Below, in pieces: positions 32,138 to 43,197 of a stretch of DNA of 64,000 bases; the stretch's first letter is position 1; every line of letters begins with the position of its first letter. Position numbers and translations under genes: made by a program. Source of the stretch: Alphaproteobacteria bacterium. GTDB lineage: Bacteria > Pseudomonadota > Alphaproteobacteria > UBA828. The stretch is from NCBI GenBank assembly GCA_965214705.1, contig CBDCCI010000002.1:1472001-1536000 (forward strand), in the 5' to 3' direction. The notes under the pieces were generated by a model. The model saw nothing but the letters and a program-made list of their open reading frames with translations, did no database searches and was not told where the DNA came from.

Positions 32138-33844
32138 ATGGCCCAACCCACAGGCTCACAGCACACCGATCCCAAGAGCGATATCGACATCGCGCGGGCA
32201 GCCACCAAGCGCCCGATCCTCGATCTCGCCCAGGACCGCCTCGGCATCGCGGCGGAGCATCTGGTCCCCTACGGCCACGACAAGGCGAAGATCACCCTCG
32301 ACTACATCGGCTCGCTGCAGGACCGGCCCGACGGCAAGCTGATCCTGGTGACGGCGATCACGCCGACCCCGGCGGGCGAGGGTAAGACCACCACCACGGT
32401 CGGCCTCGGCGACGGCCTCAACCGGATCGGCAAGAAGGCCGTCATGGCGCTGCGCGAGCCGAGCCTCGGCCCCTGCTTCGGCGTAAAGGGGGGTGCTGCC
32501 GGCGGCGGCTACGCCCAGGTGGTGCCGATGGAGGACATCAACCTCCACTTCACCGGCGACTTCCACGCCATCGGCGCGGCCAACAACCTGCTCGCCGCGA
32601 TGGTGGACAACCACATCTACTGGGGCAACAAGGCCGGCATCGATCCGCGTCGGGTGAGCTGGCGCCGCGTGGTCGACATGAACGATCGCGCCTTGCGCAG
32701 CGTCGTCTCGTCGCTCGGCGGCGTCGCCAACGGCTTCCCGCGCGAGGACGGCTTCGACATCACCGTCGCCTCCGAGGTGATGGCGATCTTCTGCCTCTCG
32801 CGCGATCTCGACGATCTGCGCGCGCGCCTCGGCAACATCGTGGTCGGGCTCACCCGCGAGCGCGAGCCGGTGCGTGCCAGCGCGGTGAACGCCGACGGTG
32901 CCATGACCGCGCTGCTCAAGGACGCGCTCGCGCCCAACCTGGTGCAGACGCTGGAGAACAACCCCGCCCTCATCCACGGCGGCCCGTTCGCCAACATTGC
33001 CCACGGCTGCAACTCGGTGATCGCGACCAGGGCTGCGCTCAAGCTCGCGGACTACGTGGTGACGGAGGCCGGCTTCGGGGCCGATCTCGGGGCGGAAAAA
33101 TTCTTTGACATCAAGTGCCGGAAGGCTGGATTGGCGCCGGATTGCGCGGTGATCGTCGCGACCATCCGCGCGCTCAAGATGCACGGCGGCGTGGCGCGGG
33201 GCGACCTCGGCACCGAGAACCTGGAGGCGCTTGCGGAAGGCATGGAGAACCTGGCCCGCCACGTGCGAAACGTCCAAAGCTATGGCGTGCCGGCGGTGGT
33301 GGCGATCAACCGCTTCTCCGCCGACACCGAGGCCGAGCGCGCGCTGGTGGCGGAGCGCTGCGGCGAGATGGGCGTCACCGCGGTGGAGTGTGATCACTGG
33401 GCCATGGGCGGCGCCGGCTGCGAGGCGCTGGCGCACGAGGTGGTGGGCACGATCGCCTCGAAGCCCTCGTCGTTCCAGCCGCTCTATCCGGACGATCTCA
33501 CGCTCTGGGAGAAGATCGAGACCGTCGCCAAGCGAATCTACGGCGCCGACGGCATCACGGCGGACGCGGCCGTCAGCCGGCGGCTCGACGAGCTTCAGGC
33601 CGGCGGCTTCGGGCACTTCCCCGTGTGCATGGCGAAGACGCAGTACAGCTTCTCGGCCGATGCGGGGCTCAAGAACGCGCCCAGCGGCTTCGAGGTGCCG
33701 ATTCGCGAGGTGCGGCTCTCGGGCGGCGCCGAGTTCGTGGTGGTGATCTGCGGCGCGATCATGACCATGCCGGGCCTGCCGCGCGTGCCCGCCGCCGACA
33801 ACATCGCCGTCGACGAGAACGGCCACATTACCGGGTTGTTCTAG
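32138..33844 (+). CDS. fhs: formate--tetrahydrofolate ligase
   Basis: [49 protein letters not shown]. Confidence 0.97.
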   Translation: MAQPTGSQHTDPKSDIDIARAATKRPILDLAQDRLGIAAEHLVPYGHDKAKITLDYIGSLQDRPDGKLILVTAITPTPAGEGKTTTTVGLGDGLNRIGKKAVMALREPSLGPCFGVKGGAAGGGYAQVVPMEDINLHFTGDFHAIGAANNLLAAMVDNHIYWGNKAGIDPRRVSWRRVVDMNDRALRSVVSSLGGVANGFPREDGFDITVASEVMAIFCLSRDLDDLRARLGNIVVGLTREREPVRASAVNADGAMTALLKDALAPNLVQTLENNPALIHGGPFANIAHGCNSVIATRAALKLADYVVTEAGFGADLGAEKFFDIKCRKAGLAPDCAVIVATIRALKMHGGVARGDLGTENLEALAEGMENLARHVRNVQSYGVPAVVAINRFSADTEAERALVAERCGEMGVTAVECDHWAMGGAGCEALAHEVVGTIASKPSSFQPLYPDDLTLWEKIETVAKRIYGADGITADAAVSRRLDELQAGGFGHFPVCMAKTQYSFSADAGLKNAPSGFEVPIREVRLSGGAEFVVVICGAIMTMPGLPRVPAADNIAVDENGHITGLF

Positions 33845-33916
33845 CTCTCAGGCACCATTGTCGCGTGGCCGGCATCAGCGCGGCCCGGTCGCCATGGTTG
33901 GGTTGCTGGGAGAAAG

Positions 33917-36280
33917 ATGTTGAACAACTCTCATCTCCATCAATCCAAAGGGCGACGTAACCGTCATTTTCTGCGTTTCGTACTCCATGTCGCCGTTCCG
34001 CTTTGTGCCACGACCCTGATCCTGGGCGCGTGCCACAAATTCGTGGATGGGGACGAAGACGAGCAAGAGGCGTGCGTCGAGACTCACGACCGGGGCTGCG
34101 TTCTTGAGCCCGAATTCGAGGCATTGGTACAGGAAATCGCGGCTGAGTATGCCGAGCCGTCGAGCTTCCAGAACCAGTGGGGCCTGGCTGCGATCAACGC
34201 CGACCAAGCGTATGCGAACCTGGAGCTGGAGTTCGGGCCCGGTGTCGCGCCCGGCGAGGGCATCACCGTCGGCGTGCTGGATACGGGGATTGACGGAGCC
34301 GACCCTGCGTTCAGGGACAAGACCGTCATCGAACGGTTTCTACCAGGCGCGAACGATGAGGTCGGGAACGAGACTTCTCACGGTACCGCGGTAGCCAGCA
34401 TTCTTGCCGGAGAGGATATCCCCGGTTTCCCGCACGACGCGCAGGGCGTGGCCTGGGGCGCCGACCTCGTCGTCTTCGCGATCCCGCTGGGCGAAGCGCC
34501 CGAGTTGTACAACCCGATTGCGATAAGCTTGCTGCCGGAAGTCGCAAGAGCTTTCAAGGCTGACTTCGAAGAGATACTCGCATGGCGGTTCGGCTCCCGG
34601 AGCATCGATTTCCTGAACTTGAGCCTTGGCGTCTCGGGAATTATCGAGAACTACGGCGAAGAAGTCGTTCGCGAGCCTTTCGCACCCTTGCTCCCCGTAA
34701 TGCTCCAGGAAGGTGCCGAAGAGAAGGTCGTTTTTGTCTGGGCAGCGGGAAATTCGCACGGGAGGACATGCGATATCCCGATACCCCAGTGCGTTGACGG
34801 CGCGGTAGAGGCGAGCTCAATCGATTTACTGCCGGGCTTGGCCGTGCACTATCCAGAATTGCAGGAGACGACAGTCGCCGTCGTGGCTATACGCCCGGAT
34901 GGCGAGATTGCCGACTTCTCCAACCGCTGCGGCATCGCGGCTGACTACTGCCTGGCGGCTCCGGGAGACGACCTTCGGTTTTCCTATTTCGGTCCGGGCC
35001 CGGACGGCCCAGGCTTTCGGGGCGTTGGGGTTGGGGGCGGCACGTCGTTCGCCGCACCGATGGTGACCGGCGGCCTCGCCGTGATGAAGCAGTATTTCCG
35101 GGGCCAGGTCTCCAACACGGACCTGTTGGCGAGGCTCCTCGAGACCGCGAAGCGCACCGGCCTCTACGCCGAGTCGGCAATCTACGGTCGCGGCCTCATG
35201 GATCTGGGTGCCGCGACCTCGCCCGTGGGGGCGACGGTCGTCGCCATGGGCGAACGGGTGGGAAGTGCGGGTGCCGCATTGAGCGGTTCGAACTTGCAAC
35301 TCGGCCTCGCCTTCGGCGATGCGCTCGCTCCCGTTCTCGAAGGCCAACAGATCGCCGCGTTCGATACACTCGGCGCGCCGTTCTGGTACGACATCGACAC
35401 GATGGTGAGCGCTGCAGCGAGGCCCGCGCTGCACGATCGTTTCCGCGATTTCCAGCAGCTGTCGCTCTCGGAGCCGCTTGGCGCCCCCGCAAGCGCCATC
35501 CGGCTCCCCATCCTTGGAACGCGCGGCGCGCCGCACGGCGCCGCCCCCGGCCTCTATCTCGCGAAAACCGGTGCTCCGGCCGCCTCGAACGCCAACCACT
35601 TCGCTCTCGCCAGACACAGCGTCGTCGCAACCCTGCCGGTCACCGCGAACCTGACCGCCACGGCGCTCACCACGGAAGGACTGGCCCGGCAAAAGCCCGC
35701 GTCCGGCGTTGCGCTGACGTGGCGTGAGCCTGAGACGCCGATTGGTCTCCGGGCCGGCTGGATGGGCGAGCGCCAGACCTTGCTCGGCAGCGAGTCCGAC
35801 GGCGCCTTCGGAGACCTTCAGGCGCACGCCGCGTTCGCGGGAGTCGAGGCGGGCACGGAACTCGGCCCGTGGCGCCTCGGCGGCAGCGCGGAAATCGGCA
35901 CCGTGACTGCGCAGGCGCACGGCGGCGTGATCCAGGAGATTTCGCCTCTCGCCACCAGCACATTCGCATTGCATGCCACCCGGCAGAATGAGGACGGCAG
36001 CGCGTTTCGTGTGTCGCTGTCGCAGCCGCTCCGCGTGGAGAGAGGTCGGGCGCTGCTCTCACTTCCCTCGGGACGAACGACAGCGGGCGAGGTGATCCGC
36101 AATATCCTGTCTGCCGATGTCGAGCCCGGCGGCAGGCAGGTCGATCTGGCAGTGCAGTGGCAGCAGCCGATGGAGCTCGGGCAGTTGCGCCTCGGCGCCA
36201 CGCTCTCCCACGAGCCGGGCCACCGCAGGAACGCCGACGCTGAGCTAATATTGCTCTCAAGCTGGAGCCACCTCTTCTGA
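33917..36280 (+). CDS. S8 subtilisin-like serine protease with C-terminal beta-rich (autotransporter-like) domain
   Basis: Catalytic triad VLDTG / SHGTAVA / GTSFAAP, AAGN oxyanion motif; possible lipobox LGAC; ends in aromatic F. Confidence 0.88.
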   Translation: MLNNSHLHQSKGRRNRHFLRFVLHVAVPLCATTLILGACHKFVDGDEDEQEACVETHDRGCVLEPEFEALVQEIAAEYAEPSSFQNQWGLAAINADQAYANLELEFGPGVAPGEGITVGVLDTGIDGADPAFRDKTVIERFLPGANDEVGNETSHGTAVASILAGEDIPGFPHDAQGVAWGADLVVFAIPLGEAPELYNPIAISLLPEVARAFKADFEEILAWRFGSRSIDFLNLSLGVSGIIENYGEEVVREPFAPLLPVMLQEGAEEKVVFVWAAGNSHGRTCDIPIPQCVDGAVEASSIDLLPGLAVHYPELQETTVAVVAIRPDGEIADFSNRCGIAADYCLAAPGDDLRFSYFGPGPDGPGFRGVGVGGGTSFAAPMVTGGLAVMKQYFRGQVSNTDLLARLLETAKRTGLYAESAIYGRGLMDLGAATSPVGATVVAMGERVGSAGAALSGSNLQLGLAFGDALAPVLEGQQIAAFDTLGAPFWYDIDTMVSAAARPALHDRFRDFQQLSLSEPLGAPASAIRLPILGTRGAPHGAAPGLYLAKTGAPAASNANHFALARHSVVATLPVTANLTATALTTEGLARQKPASGVALTWREPETPIGLRAGWMGERQTLLGSESDGAFGDLQAHAAFAGVEAGTELGPWRLGGSAEIGTVTAQAHGGVIQEISPLATSTFALHATRQNEDGSAFRVSLSQPLRVERGRALLSLPSGRTTAGEVIRNILSADVEPGGRQVDLAVQWQQPMELGQLRLGATLSHEPGHRRNADAELILLSSWSHLF

Positions 36281-36308
36281 CGCGGACGACAGCCTGAGTG
36301 GTCTTGCC

Positions 36309-37523
36309 TCACGCCATCGCGGCGCGCAGGCGGCGGTCGATCGCGTCCAGGAAATCCTTGGAGTTGAGCCAGCCCTGGTCGGGGCCGACCAGAATGGCGA
36401 GGTCCTTGGTCATCTCGCCGGCTTCCACGCACTCGATGCAGCAGCGCTCCAGCGTGTCGGCGAAGTCCACGAGCGCCTGGTTGCCGTCGTGCCGGCCGCG
36501 GTGCTTGAGGCCGCGGGTCCAGGCGAAGATCGAGGCGATGGGGTTGGTCGAGGTCTCCTCGCCCCGCTGATAGGCGCGGTAGTGGCGGGTGACGGTGCCG
36601 TGCGCCGCCTCGGCCTCCACCGTCTTGCCGTCGGGCGACATCAGCACCGAGGTCATCAGGCCGAGCGAGCCGAAGCCCTGGGCCACGGTATCCGACTGCA
36701 CGTCGCCGTCGTAGTTCTTGCAGGCCCAGATGAAGGCGCCCTCCCACTTGAGCGCGGCCGCGACCATGTCGTCGATCAGCCTGTGCTCGTAGCCGATGCC
36801 GGCGGCCTCAAAGCGGTCCTTGAACTCGGCCTCGAAGACCTCCTCGAACAGGTCCTTGAAGCGCCCGTCGTAGAACTTGAGGATCGTGTTCTTGGTCGAC
36901 ATGTAGACCGGCCAGCCCCGGTCCAGCCCGTAGTTCATGCAGGCGCGGGCGAAATCGCGGATCGAATCGTCCAAGTTGTACATGGCGAGCGCGACGCCGC
37001 CGCCGGGAAAGTCGAACACCTCCCGCTCGATGGTCTCGCCGCCGTTCGCGGGCTCGAAGCGCACCGTGAGCTTGCCCTTGCCCGGCACCACGAAATCCGT
37101 GGCGCGGTACTGGTCGCCAAAGGCGTGGCGGCCGATCACGATCGGGTGCTCCCAGCCGGGCACGAGGCGCGGCACGTTGCGGCAGATGATGGGCTCGCGG
37201 AACACCGTGCCGCCCAGGATGTTGCGGATGGTGCCGTTGGGCGAGCGCCACATCTTCTTGAGGCCGAACTCCTCGACGCGGGCCTCGTCCGGCGTGATGG
37301 TCGCACACTTGACGCCGACGCCGATCTCCTTGATGGCCTCGGCGCAATCGACCGTGACCTGGTCGTCGGTGGCGTCCCGATGCTCGACGCCGAGGTCGTA
37401 GTAGTGGAGGTCGATGTCCACATAGGGCAGAATCAGCTGGTCCTTGATCCAGGCCCAGATGATTCGCGTCATCTCGTCGCCGTCGATCTCGACGACGGGG
37501 TTGGCGACCTTGATTTTCGCCAT
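36309..37523 (-). CDS. icd: NADP-dependent isocitrate dehydrogenase
   Basis: [48 protein letters not shown]. Confidence 0.97.
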   Translation of the reverse strand: MAKIKVANPVVEIDGDEMTRIIWAWIKDQLILPYVDIDLHYYDLGVEHRDATDDQVTVDCAEAIKEIGVGVKCATITPDEARVEEFGLKKMWRSPNGTIRNILGGTVFREPIICRNVPRLVPGWEHPIVIGRHAFGDQYRATDFVVPGKGKLTVRFEPANGGETIEREVFDFPGGGVALAMYNLDDSIRDFARACMNYGLDRGWPVYMSTKNTILKFYDGRFKDLFEEVFEAEFKDRFEAAGIGYEHRLIDDMVAAALKWEGAFIWACKNYDGDVQSDTVAQGFGSLGLMTSVLMSPDGKTVEAEAAHGTVTRHYRAYQRGEETSTNPIASIFAWTRGLKHRGRHDGNQALVDFADTLERCCIECVEAGEMTKDLAILVGPDQGWLNSKDFLDAIDRRLRAAMA

Positions 37524-37663
37524 CCGAAGCTCTCCAGGAATGCGTTGCGGGCGAGGGGCCCCGGGGAGGAAGGCGTCGCGGCTAGCGGAGCCGGGCGCAC
37601 CTTAGCAAAGCGGTCCGACCGGTCAAGGACGGGGCTGCCGCGACAGGCGACTAGGAGGGGCGG

Positions 37664-38218
37664 CTAAGCCTCGCCGTTGTCAAGGACGCGAAACAGCTCG
37701 TCGACGGTGCGGACCACGGTGGCGAGGCCGGGTGCGGCAGACGGCGCAAATCCCTCGTCGCTCACATGGTCGAGCAGGTCCTGCAATGGCCCCCAAAAGC
37801 CCTCGCTGTCGAGAACGACGATCGGCTTGTCGAGGAGTCCCAGCTGCTTCCAGGTCAGCACTTCGAAGAACTCGTCGAGAGTGCCGTAGCCGCCTGGCAG
37901 GATCACGAAGCCGTCGGCGCGGTCGAGCATGATGCGCTTGCGCCGGAACATGTCCTCGGTGACCACCGTCTCGGTCAGGCCAGGATGCGCCACCTCGAGG
38001 CTCTCCAGTTTCTCGGGAATCACGCCGATGGCCTTGCCGCCGCCCGCCAGCACCGCATCAGCCACCACCGCCATCAGACCGATGCCGCCGGCGCCATAGA
38101 CGAGCGTAATCCCGCGCTGGGCGAGCGCCGTGCCGAGACTGCGGGCGGCCTCGGCATGGGCCGGGTTGCGGCCCGTTTGAGAACCGCAAAAGACGCAAAG
38201 GGACGCGATCGCCGCCAT
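37664..38218 (-). CDS. LOG family nucleotide phosphoribohydrolase (TIGR00730-like)
   Basis: CVFCGS, GLM, RK, PGGYGTLDE motif. Confidence 0.92.
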   Translation of the reverse strand: MAAIASLCVFCGSQTGRNPAHAEAARSLGTALAQRGITLVYGAGGIGLMAVVADAVLAGGGKAIGVIPEKLESLEVAHPGLTETVVTEDMFRRKRIMLDRADGFVILPGGYGTLDEFFEVLTWKQLGLLDKPIVVLDSEGFWGPLQDLLDHVSDEGFAPSAAPGLATVVRTVDELFRVLDNGEA

Positions 38219-38393
38219 CGCCGATCTGTTCCTGGTTCAGTGGCTGGACGTGTAGGAGCGCCGCTCTGTAGCAGAGACCGCTGCCGGCCGCCAGCCGTGA
38301 TGACGGCCGGGGTCTCGGTTGCAATGCCCACCGAAGCAACTATGTCAGAATACAGACCCCAAGTGCCGAGGGCAGGACCGAGCGCGGGATTCC

Positions 38394-39368
38394 ATGAAAG
38401 GGTTCAACACCCGTTTCGCCCATCGCCTCGCCTGTCTGCTGCTGGCGATGCTGGCGGGCGTCGTGCTCGCCGGTGCCGCGCCCGCGGCGGAACCGGCGAT
38501 AGAGCCCGATCCGGCAAGCGCGGACCCGGTGGCGCGCGGTGCCTACATCCTGCGCGCGGCCGGCTGCGCCACCTGCCACACCGATGTTGCGGGCGGCGGC
38601 GCGTTTCTCGCCGGCGGGCGCATGATGTCCTCGCCCTGGGGGGCGATCGCCGCGCCCAACATCACGCCGGATCCCGAGACCGGCATCGGCGGCTGGTCCG
38701 ACGAAGACTTCGTCCGCGCGCTGCGTGACGGCAAGTCGCCCGAGGGCCGCACCTACTACCCGGCGTTTCCGTATACCGCGTATGCCGGCATGAAGCGCGA
38801 GGACATGCTCGACCTCAAGGCCTACCTCGACGCGGTGGAGCCGGTCATCGCCGCCAACAAGCCGCACGAGCTGCGGTTTCCGTTCAGCGTGCGGCTCTTC
38901 CTCCATCCCTGGCGCTGGCTCTTCTTCGATCGTGAGCCCGAAGCCGTCATTCCCATCGAGGACGAGCGCCTGGCGCGCGGGCACTATCTCGTGGAAACGC
39001 TGGGCCACTGCGCCGAATGCCACACCCCGCGCAGCATGCTGGGCGCCCTCAAGCGCGGCCCCCACCTGGCGGGATCGCGCTACGGGCCCGGCGGTATCTT
39101 GGTTCCCAACATCACCCCCGATGCCGAGACGGGCATCGGCTCCTGGTCCGAGATCGATCTGGCATTCTTCCTGCGCACGGGCTTCACGCCCTATGGTGAT
39201 GACGTGCAGGGCGAGATGCGGGAAGCCATCGACGACGGCCTGCGCCACCTGACCCAGGAGGATCTGGAGGCCATGGCCGCCTATCTCAAGGCGCTGCCTG
39301 CGATCCGTAACCCGGTGAGCCCAACACCGTCCCCACCCCCGGCGTTTTCGTCGGGCAGCGACTGGTAA
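38394..39368 (+). CDS. diheme cytochrome c
   Basis: Signal peptide, CATCH and CAECH heme motifs, duplicated PNITPD.ETGIG.WS. Confidence 0.9.
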   Translation: MKGFNTRFAHRLACLLLAMLAGVVLAGAAPAAEPAIEPDPASADPVARGAYILRAAGCATCHTDVAGGGAFLAGGRMMSSPWGAIAAPNITPDPETGIGGWSDEDFVRALRDGKSPEGRTYYPAFPYTAYAGMKREDMLDLKAYLDAVEPVIAANKPHELRFPFSVRLFLHPWRWLFFDREPEAVIPIEDERLARGHYLVETLGHCAECHTPRSMLGALKRGPHLAGSRYGPGGILVPNITPDAETGIGSWSEIDLAFFLRTGFTPYGDDVQGEMREAIDDGLRHLTQEDLEAMAAYLKALPAIRNPVSPTPSPPPAFSSGSDW

Positions 39369-39446
39369 GGCACCGCGCTGGGCGCGCTGTCACGCCTCGA
39401 CCGACTCGTGTATCGTGACGCTCTCAATGACCGCTAGGCGATTCGA

Positions 39447-42400
39447 GTGAGCGAGACAGGGACTTTCACCAGTCGCGTGGCCGACGTGCTGACGCGGCGC
39501 AAGACGCTTCGCATCGCAGCCCCGGCGGGCGCCGCCGTCGTGGTCGTCGGCGTCCTGCTCGGCGTGTTCCTCACGGGCGGGGACGAACCAGACGAAACGA
39601 CGGGGCAATCCGTCGAAATCGCAGACAGCACGGCCGAAAGCGCCGGCGAAAGCGTGTCGCCGACCGACGATTCCACGACCACAACGGCTGACACGGGCGC
39701 AGCCTCTCAGGCCGAGCCGGCCGACGCAGGGACAGGTGATCCGGCCGATGAGACGGCGCCCGCCACCGCCGACGTCGACGCTCCCACCCCGGCCGAGCCC
39801 AAGCCCCAAGAGAGAGCTGAGGCGCCACCGGTGCCTGCCGACGTTCCGGGCGGCGACATCGATGTCGGCCCGGCGGAGGACGAGACGGTCGGGGCGACCC
39901 CGGCAGCACCCGAGAAGCCGACCGAGACCGCCGCTGTCGAGACACCCGAGGCGGCGCCGACGCCGGCCGACCAGCCGGGCAGCGACACCGATGCCGCTGC
40001 GCAAGATGACGAGACGGCCGAGCCGGATACTGCGGACGATGGCGCGCCTGCGGTCACGGAGACAGGAGACGCCAGCGAAACCGACGTTGCCGCCACGACC
40101 GGTGACGGCACCGCCCCCGCGACCGAGACGGTGGAAGACACGGCCGGCACCGACATGATGGCCGAGGCCGACGACGGCACCGCGCCCGCAACCGAAGACG
40201 ACGCAGCGGTTTCGGCCGGGGCAGAGGCAAGGGACGACGCGGCCGACATCGGCACGATGGCGGAAGCCGACGACAGCACCGCGCCTGCGTCCGAAGACGA
40301 CGTAGCGGTTGCTGACCAGACCGAGACGGCGGAAGACGCGGCCGGTGCCGATACGATGGCGGAGGGCGACGACAGCACCGCGCCCGCGACCGAGGATGAC
40401 GCGGCTGCTACGGCCGAGGGAGAGGCAGCGGACGACGTGGCCGGCACCGGCACGATGGCGGAAGCTGACGACAGCACCGCGCCTGCGACCGAAGAGGATG
40501 CGACTGCTGCGGCCGAGGCAGAGACAGGGGACGACGCGGCCGACACTGGCACGATGGCGGAAGCCGACGACAGCACCGCGCCTGCGTCCGAAGACGACGT
40601 AGTGGTTGCGGCCGGGACAGAGACGGCGGAAGACGCGGTGGCCGCCGACACGATGGCGGCGACCGACGACGCAGCACCGTCAGACGAGCAGGGTATGGCA
40701 GCCGCTCCGGATGCAGCCGGTGCCGAGTCCGAGGCTGAGACTCCGGCAGAGCCACGGAGCGGAGACGCAATGGCATCGGCCGACGTTGCCGGATCCGGTG
40801 CCGCGGACGATGTGGCCACCACGTCTGACTCAGCGGCACCCGAGGACTCGAGCGATGACGCCGCCGCCGAGGTGACATCCGACGCCGAGCAGGACGCAAC
40901 CACCGAGCTGGCGACGGCGGCAGAGCAAGCTGACGCTGACAAGGCGACTCCCGAGACCGAACCTGCGGATGAGCAGGACGAGACGGTTGCTGCGCCGGAT
41001 GACACGGAACCCAGCGTCGGTGAAGGCACTACGGCGACGGCCGAGACAGACGAACTTGCCTCCGATGCCGAGCAAGAGACGGCGACTGCCTCCGAAGACG
41101 CGGCACCGGAAGACGCAACAGGCGCTGACGCTATGGCAGAGGCCGCAGACGGCACCGCGCCTGCCACCGGGGAGGAAGCCGCGGCTACGCCTGAGGCGGG
41201 GGCAATGGACGACGCGGCCGGCACCGACACGATGGCGGCGACCGACGACGGCACTGCGCCTGCCACCGGGGACGATGCGGTGGCTACGCCTGAGGCGGGG
41301 GCAATGGACGACGCGGCCGGCACCGACACGATGGCGGCCACCGATGATAGCACCGTGCCCGCCACCGAAGACGATGCGGCGATTTCGCCTGAAGCAGGGG
41401 CAACGGAAGACGGCGACAGCACCGGCACGATGGCAGCGACCGACGACGGCACGGCTTCCGCCACCGAAGAGGACGAAGACGTTGCGGCCGAACCGGTAGC
41501 GACGGAAGACGCGACCGACGCCGACACGATGGCGGAAGACGATGAGGGCACCCCGTCCGCCACTGACACGATAGCGGCGACCGAAGACGGCACTGTGCCC
41601 GTCTCCGAGGCAGACGCTTCGACGGCTGGGTCCGTAGCGACGGCTGATGGAACCGAAGACGCGGCCGACGAGGGCGAACTCGCTGCCACCGAGGAGGGGG
41701 CACAGGAGACGGAACAGCCCATTGTCGAGACGCGCGTCGTGCCCGACGAGCCGGTGGAACAGGCTGAGGAGCCGACCGTCGCGCCGGATGTGCTGGAGGA
41801 GAGAACGACGGAAGACGAGCCCGCACCGGCTGTGATTCCACCCAGCTTCGATATCGTGCGAATCAAGCCCGACGGCAGCGCGGTGATCGCGGGCCGCGGC
41901 CCGCCCGGCGCCGAGGTCACCGTGAAGAGCGAAACGGTCGACCTGGGTTCGGAGACCGCCAACCGTAGCGGCGAATGGACGCTCCTGCCGGATATCCCCA
42001 TCCCGCCGGGCGACCACCAGTTCTCGGCGGTCGCGACCCTGCCGGATGGCACGCAGGTGGAATCGGATGAGGTGCTCATCGTCTCCATCCCCGATCCCGA
42101 CGAGGACGGGGGATCGGTGCTCGCCCTGCTGACGCCGCGTGACGGCGAAGGCGGCAGCAGGATTCTGCAGAAGCCGGAACCGGCTCCAGAGAAAGTGGAA
42201 CCTGAGCCGGCTCCGGAAGTGGCGGACGAGGAACCGATTGAACTGGCGCGTCCTGATACGACGCCCGAAGATGAGGCCGCCCCAGGCGCGGAACAGCCGG
42301 ACGAGGCCCGTCCGGAAGAGACTCCGCCGGCACCCGATGATACTGAAGTGGCGGCCGTAGACGAGACTCCTGCGGGTGAGGCTCAGCCGGCATCTGAAGA

Positions 42401-43172
42401 TACTGAAGTGGCGGGCGTGGACGAGGCCCCTGCGGCTGAGACTCCGCCGGCACCCGAGGATACCGAGGTGGCGGATGTAGACGAGGCTCCTGCGGCTGAG
42501 ACTCCGCCAGCACCCGAAGATACTGAAATGGCAGGCGTGGATGAGGCCCCTGCGGGCGAGGCTCAGCCCGACGAAGAGCCCATGGACCAAGCCAGCCTGA
42601 CCGAGGACCGCTCCGACGAAACCGACGCGCCGGTCGCCGCGGACGCTGCCGGCGAGGCGACGGCGGATGCGCCGTCAGACGACGCGGAAACCGTGTCCGA
42701 GGCGACGCCAAGCGAGGAGGACGAGGGCTCTCTCGTGGTCGATACGGTCGATTACGACGATGAGGGCGACATGACGATCACGGGATCAGCCGAGCCGGCA
42801 GCCGACCTGCACGTCTATCTTGATGAGCGGCATGTCGGCACCATCGAGAGCGATGCGACCGGCGAATGGGAAGTGTCGCCGGACGACGAGGTCGCGCCCG
42901 GCACCTACACGCTCAGGGTCGATCAGGTCGATCCCGCCGGCGTGGTCCTTGCCCGCATCGAGACGCCGCTGACCCGCGCCCGGCCCGAGGAGCTCTCGTT
43001 CGGCGATGCCATCGTGGTGGTCCAGCCGGGGAACAGCCTCTGGCGCATCGCCCGGCGCACCCTCGGCGGCGGCATCCACTTCACCGAGATCTACGAGGCG
43101 AATCGCAGCCAGATCGCGGATCCCGCGCTGATCCATCCCGGCCAGATATTCACCGTTCCCGAACTCGACTGA
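39447..43172 (+). CDS. membrane-anchored LysM protein with long acidic repeat region and Ig-like domains
   Basis: N-terminal TM, Asp/Glu/Ala/Thr repeats, PSFDIVRIKPDGSAVIAG, C-terminal VVQPGNSLWRIA..IYEANRSQIADPALIHPGQ. Confidence 0.88.
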   Translation: MSETGTFTSRVADVLTRRKTLRIAAPAGAAVVVVGVLLGVFLTGGDEPDETTGQSVEIADSTAESAGESVSPTDDSTTTTADTGAASQAEPADAGTGDPADETAPATADVDAPTPAEPKPQERAEAPPVPADVPGGDIDVGPAEDETVGATPAAPEKPTETAAVETPEAAPTPADQPGSDTDAAAQDDETAEPDTADDGAPAVTETGDASETDVAATTGDGTAPATETVEDTAGTDMMAEADDGTAPATEDDAAVSAGAEARDDAADIGTMAEADDSTAPASEDDVAVADQTETAEDAAGADTMAEGDDSTAPATEDDAAATAEGEAADDVAGTGTMAEADDSTAPATEEDATAAAEAETGDDAADTGTMAEADDSTAPASEDDVVVAAGTETAEDAVAADTMAATDDAAPSDEQGMAAAPDAAGAESEAETPAEPRSGDAMASADVAGSGAADDVATTSDSAAPEDSSDDAAAEVTSDAEQDATTELATAAEQADADKATPETEPADEQDETVAAPDDTEPSVGEGTTATAETDELASDAEQETATASEDAAPEDATGADAMAEAADGTAPATGEEAAATPEAGAMDDAAGTDTMAATDDGTAPATGDDAVATPEAGAMDDAAGTDTMAATDDSTVPATEDDAAISPEAGATEDGDSTGTMAATDDGTASATEEDEDVAAEPVATEDATDADTMAEDDEGTPSATDTIAATEDGTVPVSEADASTAGSVATADGTEDAADEGELAATEEGAQETEQPIVETRVVPDEPVEQAEEPTVAPDVLEERTTEDEPAPAVIPPSFDIVRIKPDGSAVIAGRGPPGAEVTVKSETVDLGSETANRSGEWTLLPDIPIPPGDHQFSAVATLPDGTQVESDEVLIVSIPDPDEDGGSVLALLTPRDGEGGSRILQKPEPAPEKVEPEPAPEVADEEPIELARPDTTPEDEAAPGAEQPDEARPEETPPAPDDTEVAAVDETPAGEAQPASEDTEVAGVDEAPAAETPPAPEDTEVADVDEAPAAETPPAPEDTEMAGVDEAPAGEAQPDEEPMDQASLTEDRSDETDAPVAADAAGEATADAPSDDAETVSEATPSEEDEGSLVVDTVDYDDEGDMTITGSAEPAADLHVYLDERHVGTIESDATGEWEVSPDDEVAPGTYTLRVDQVDPAGVVLARIETPLTRARPEELSFGDAIVVVQPGNSLWRIARRTLGGGIHFTEIYEANRSQIADPALIHPGQIFTVPELD
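40150..41580 (+). repeat. degenerate 99-bp (33-aa) coding tandem repeats in two blocks
   Basis: Recurring TMAEADDSTAPA(T/S)EDD / TMAATDDGTAPAT units; boundaries approximate. Confidence 0.8.
42301..42570 (+). repeat. 60-bp (20-aa) coding tandem repeat, about 4.5 copies
   Basis: Period-60 units encoding PPAPEDTEVAxVDEAPAAET. Confidence 0.85.
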
Positions 43173-43197
43173 GGACGCGCTCCACGGCGCGGGGCGC

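Noticed and set aside
38265-38320. Hairpin GAGACC..CCGGCCG / CGGCCGG..GGTCTC between the LOG and cytochrome c genes
   Set aside because: GC-rich pairing is expected by chance; no tRNA or known RNA features.
40150-42570. Periodic repeats as a possible CRISPR array
   Set aside because: Units are in-frame multiples of 3, degenerate, lack unique spacers, and no cas genes are present.
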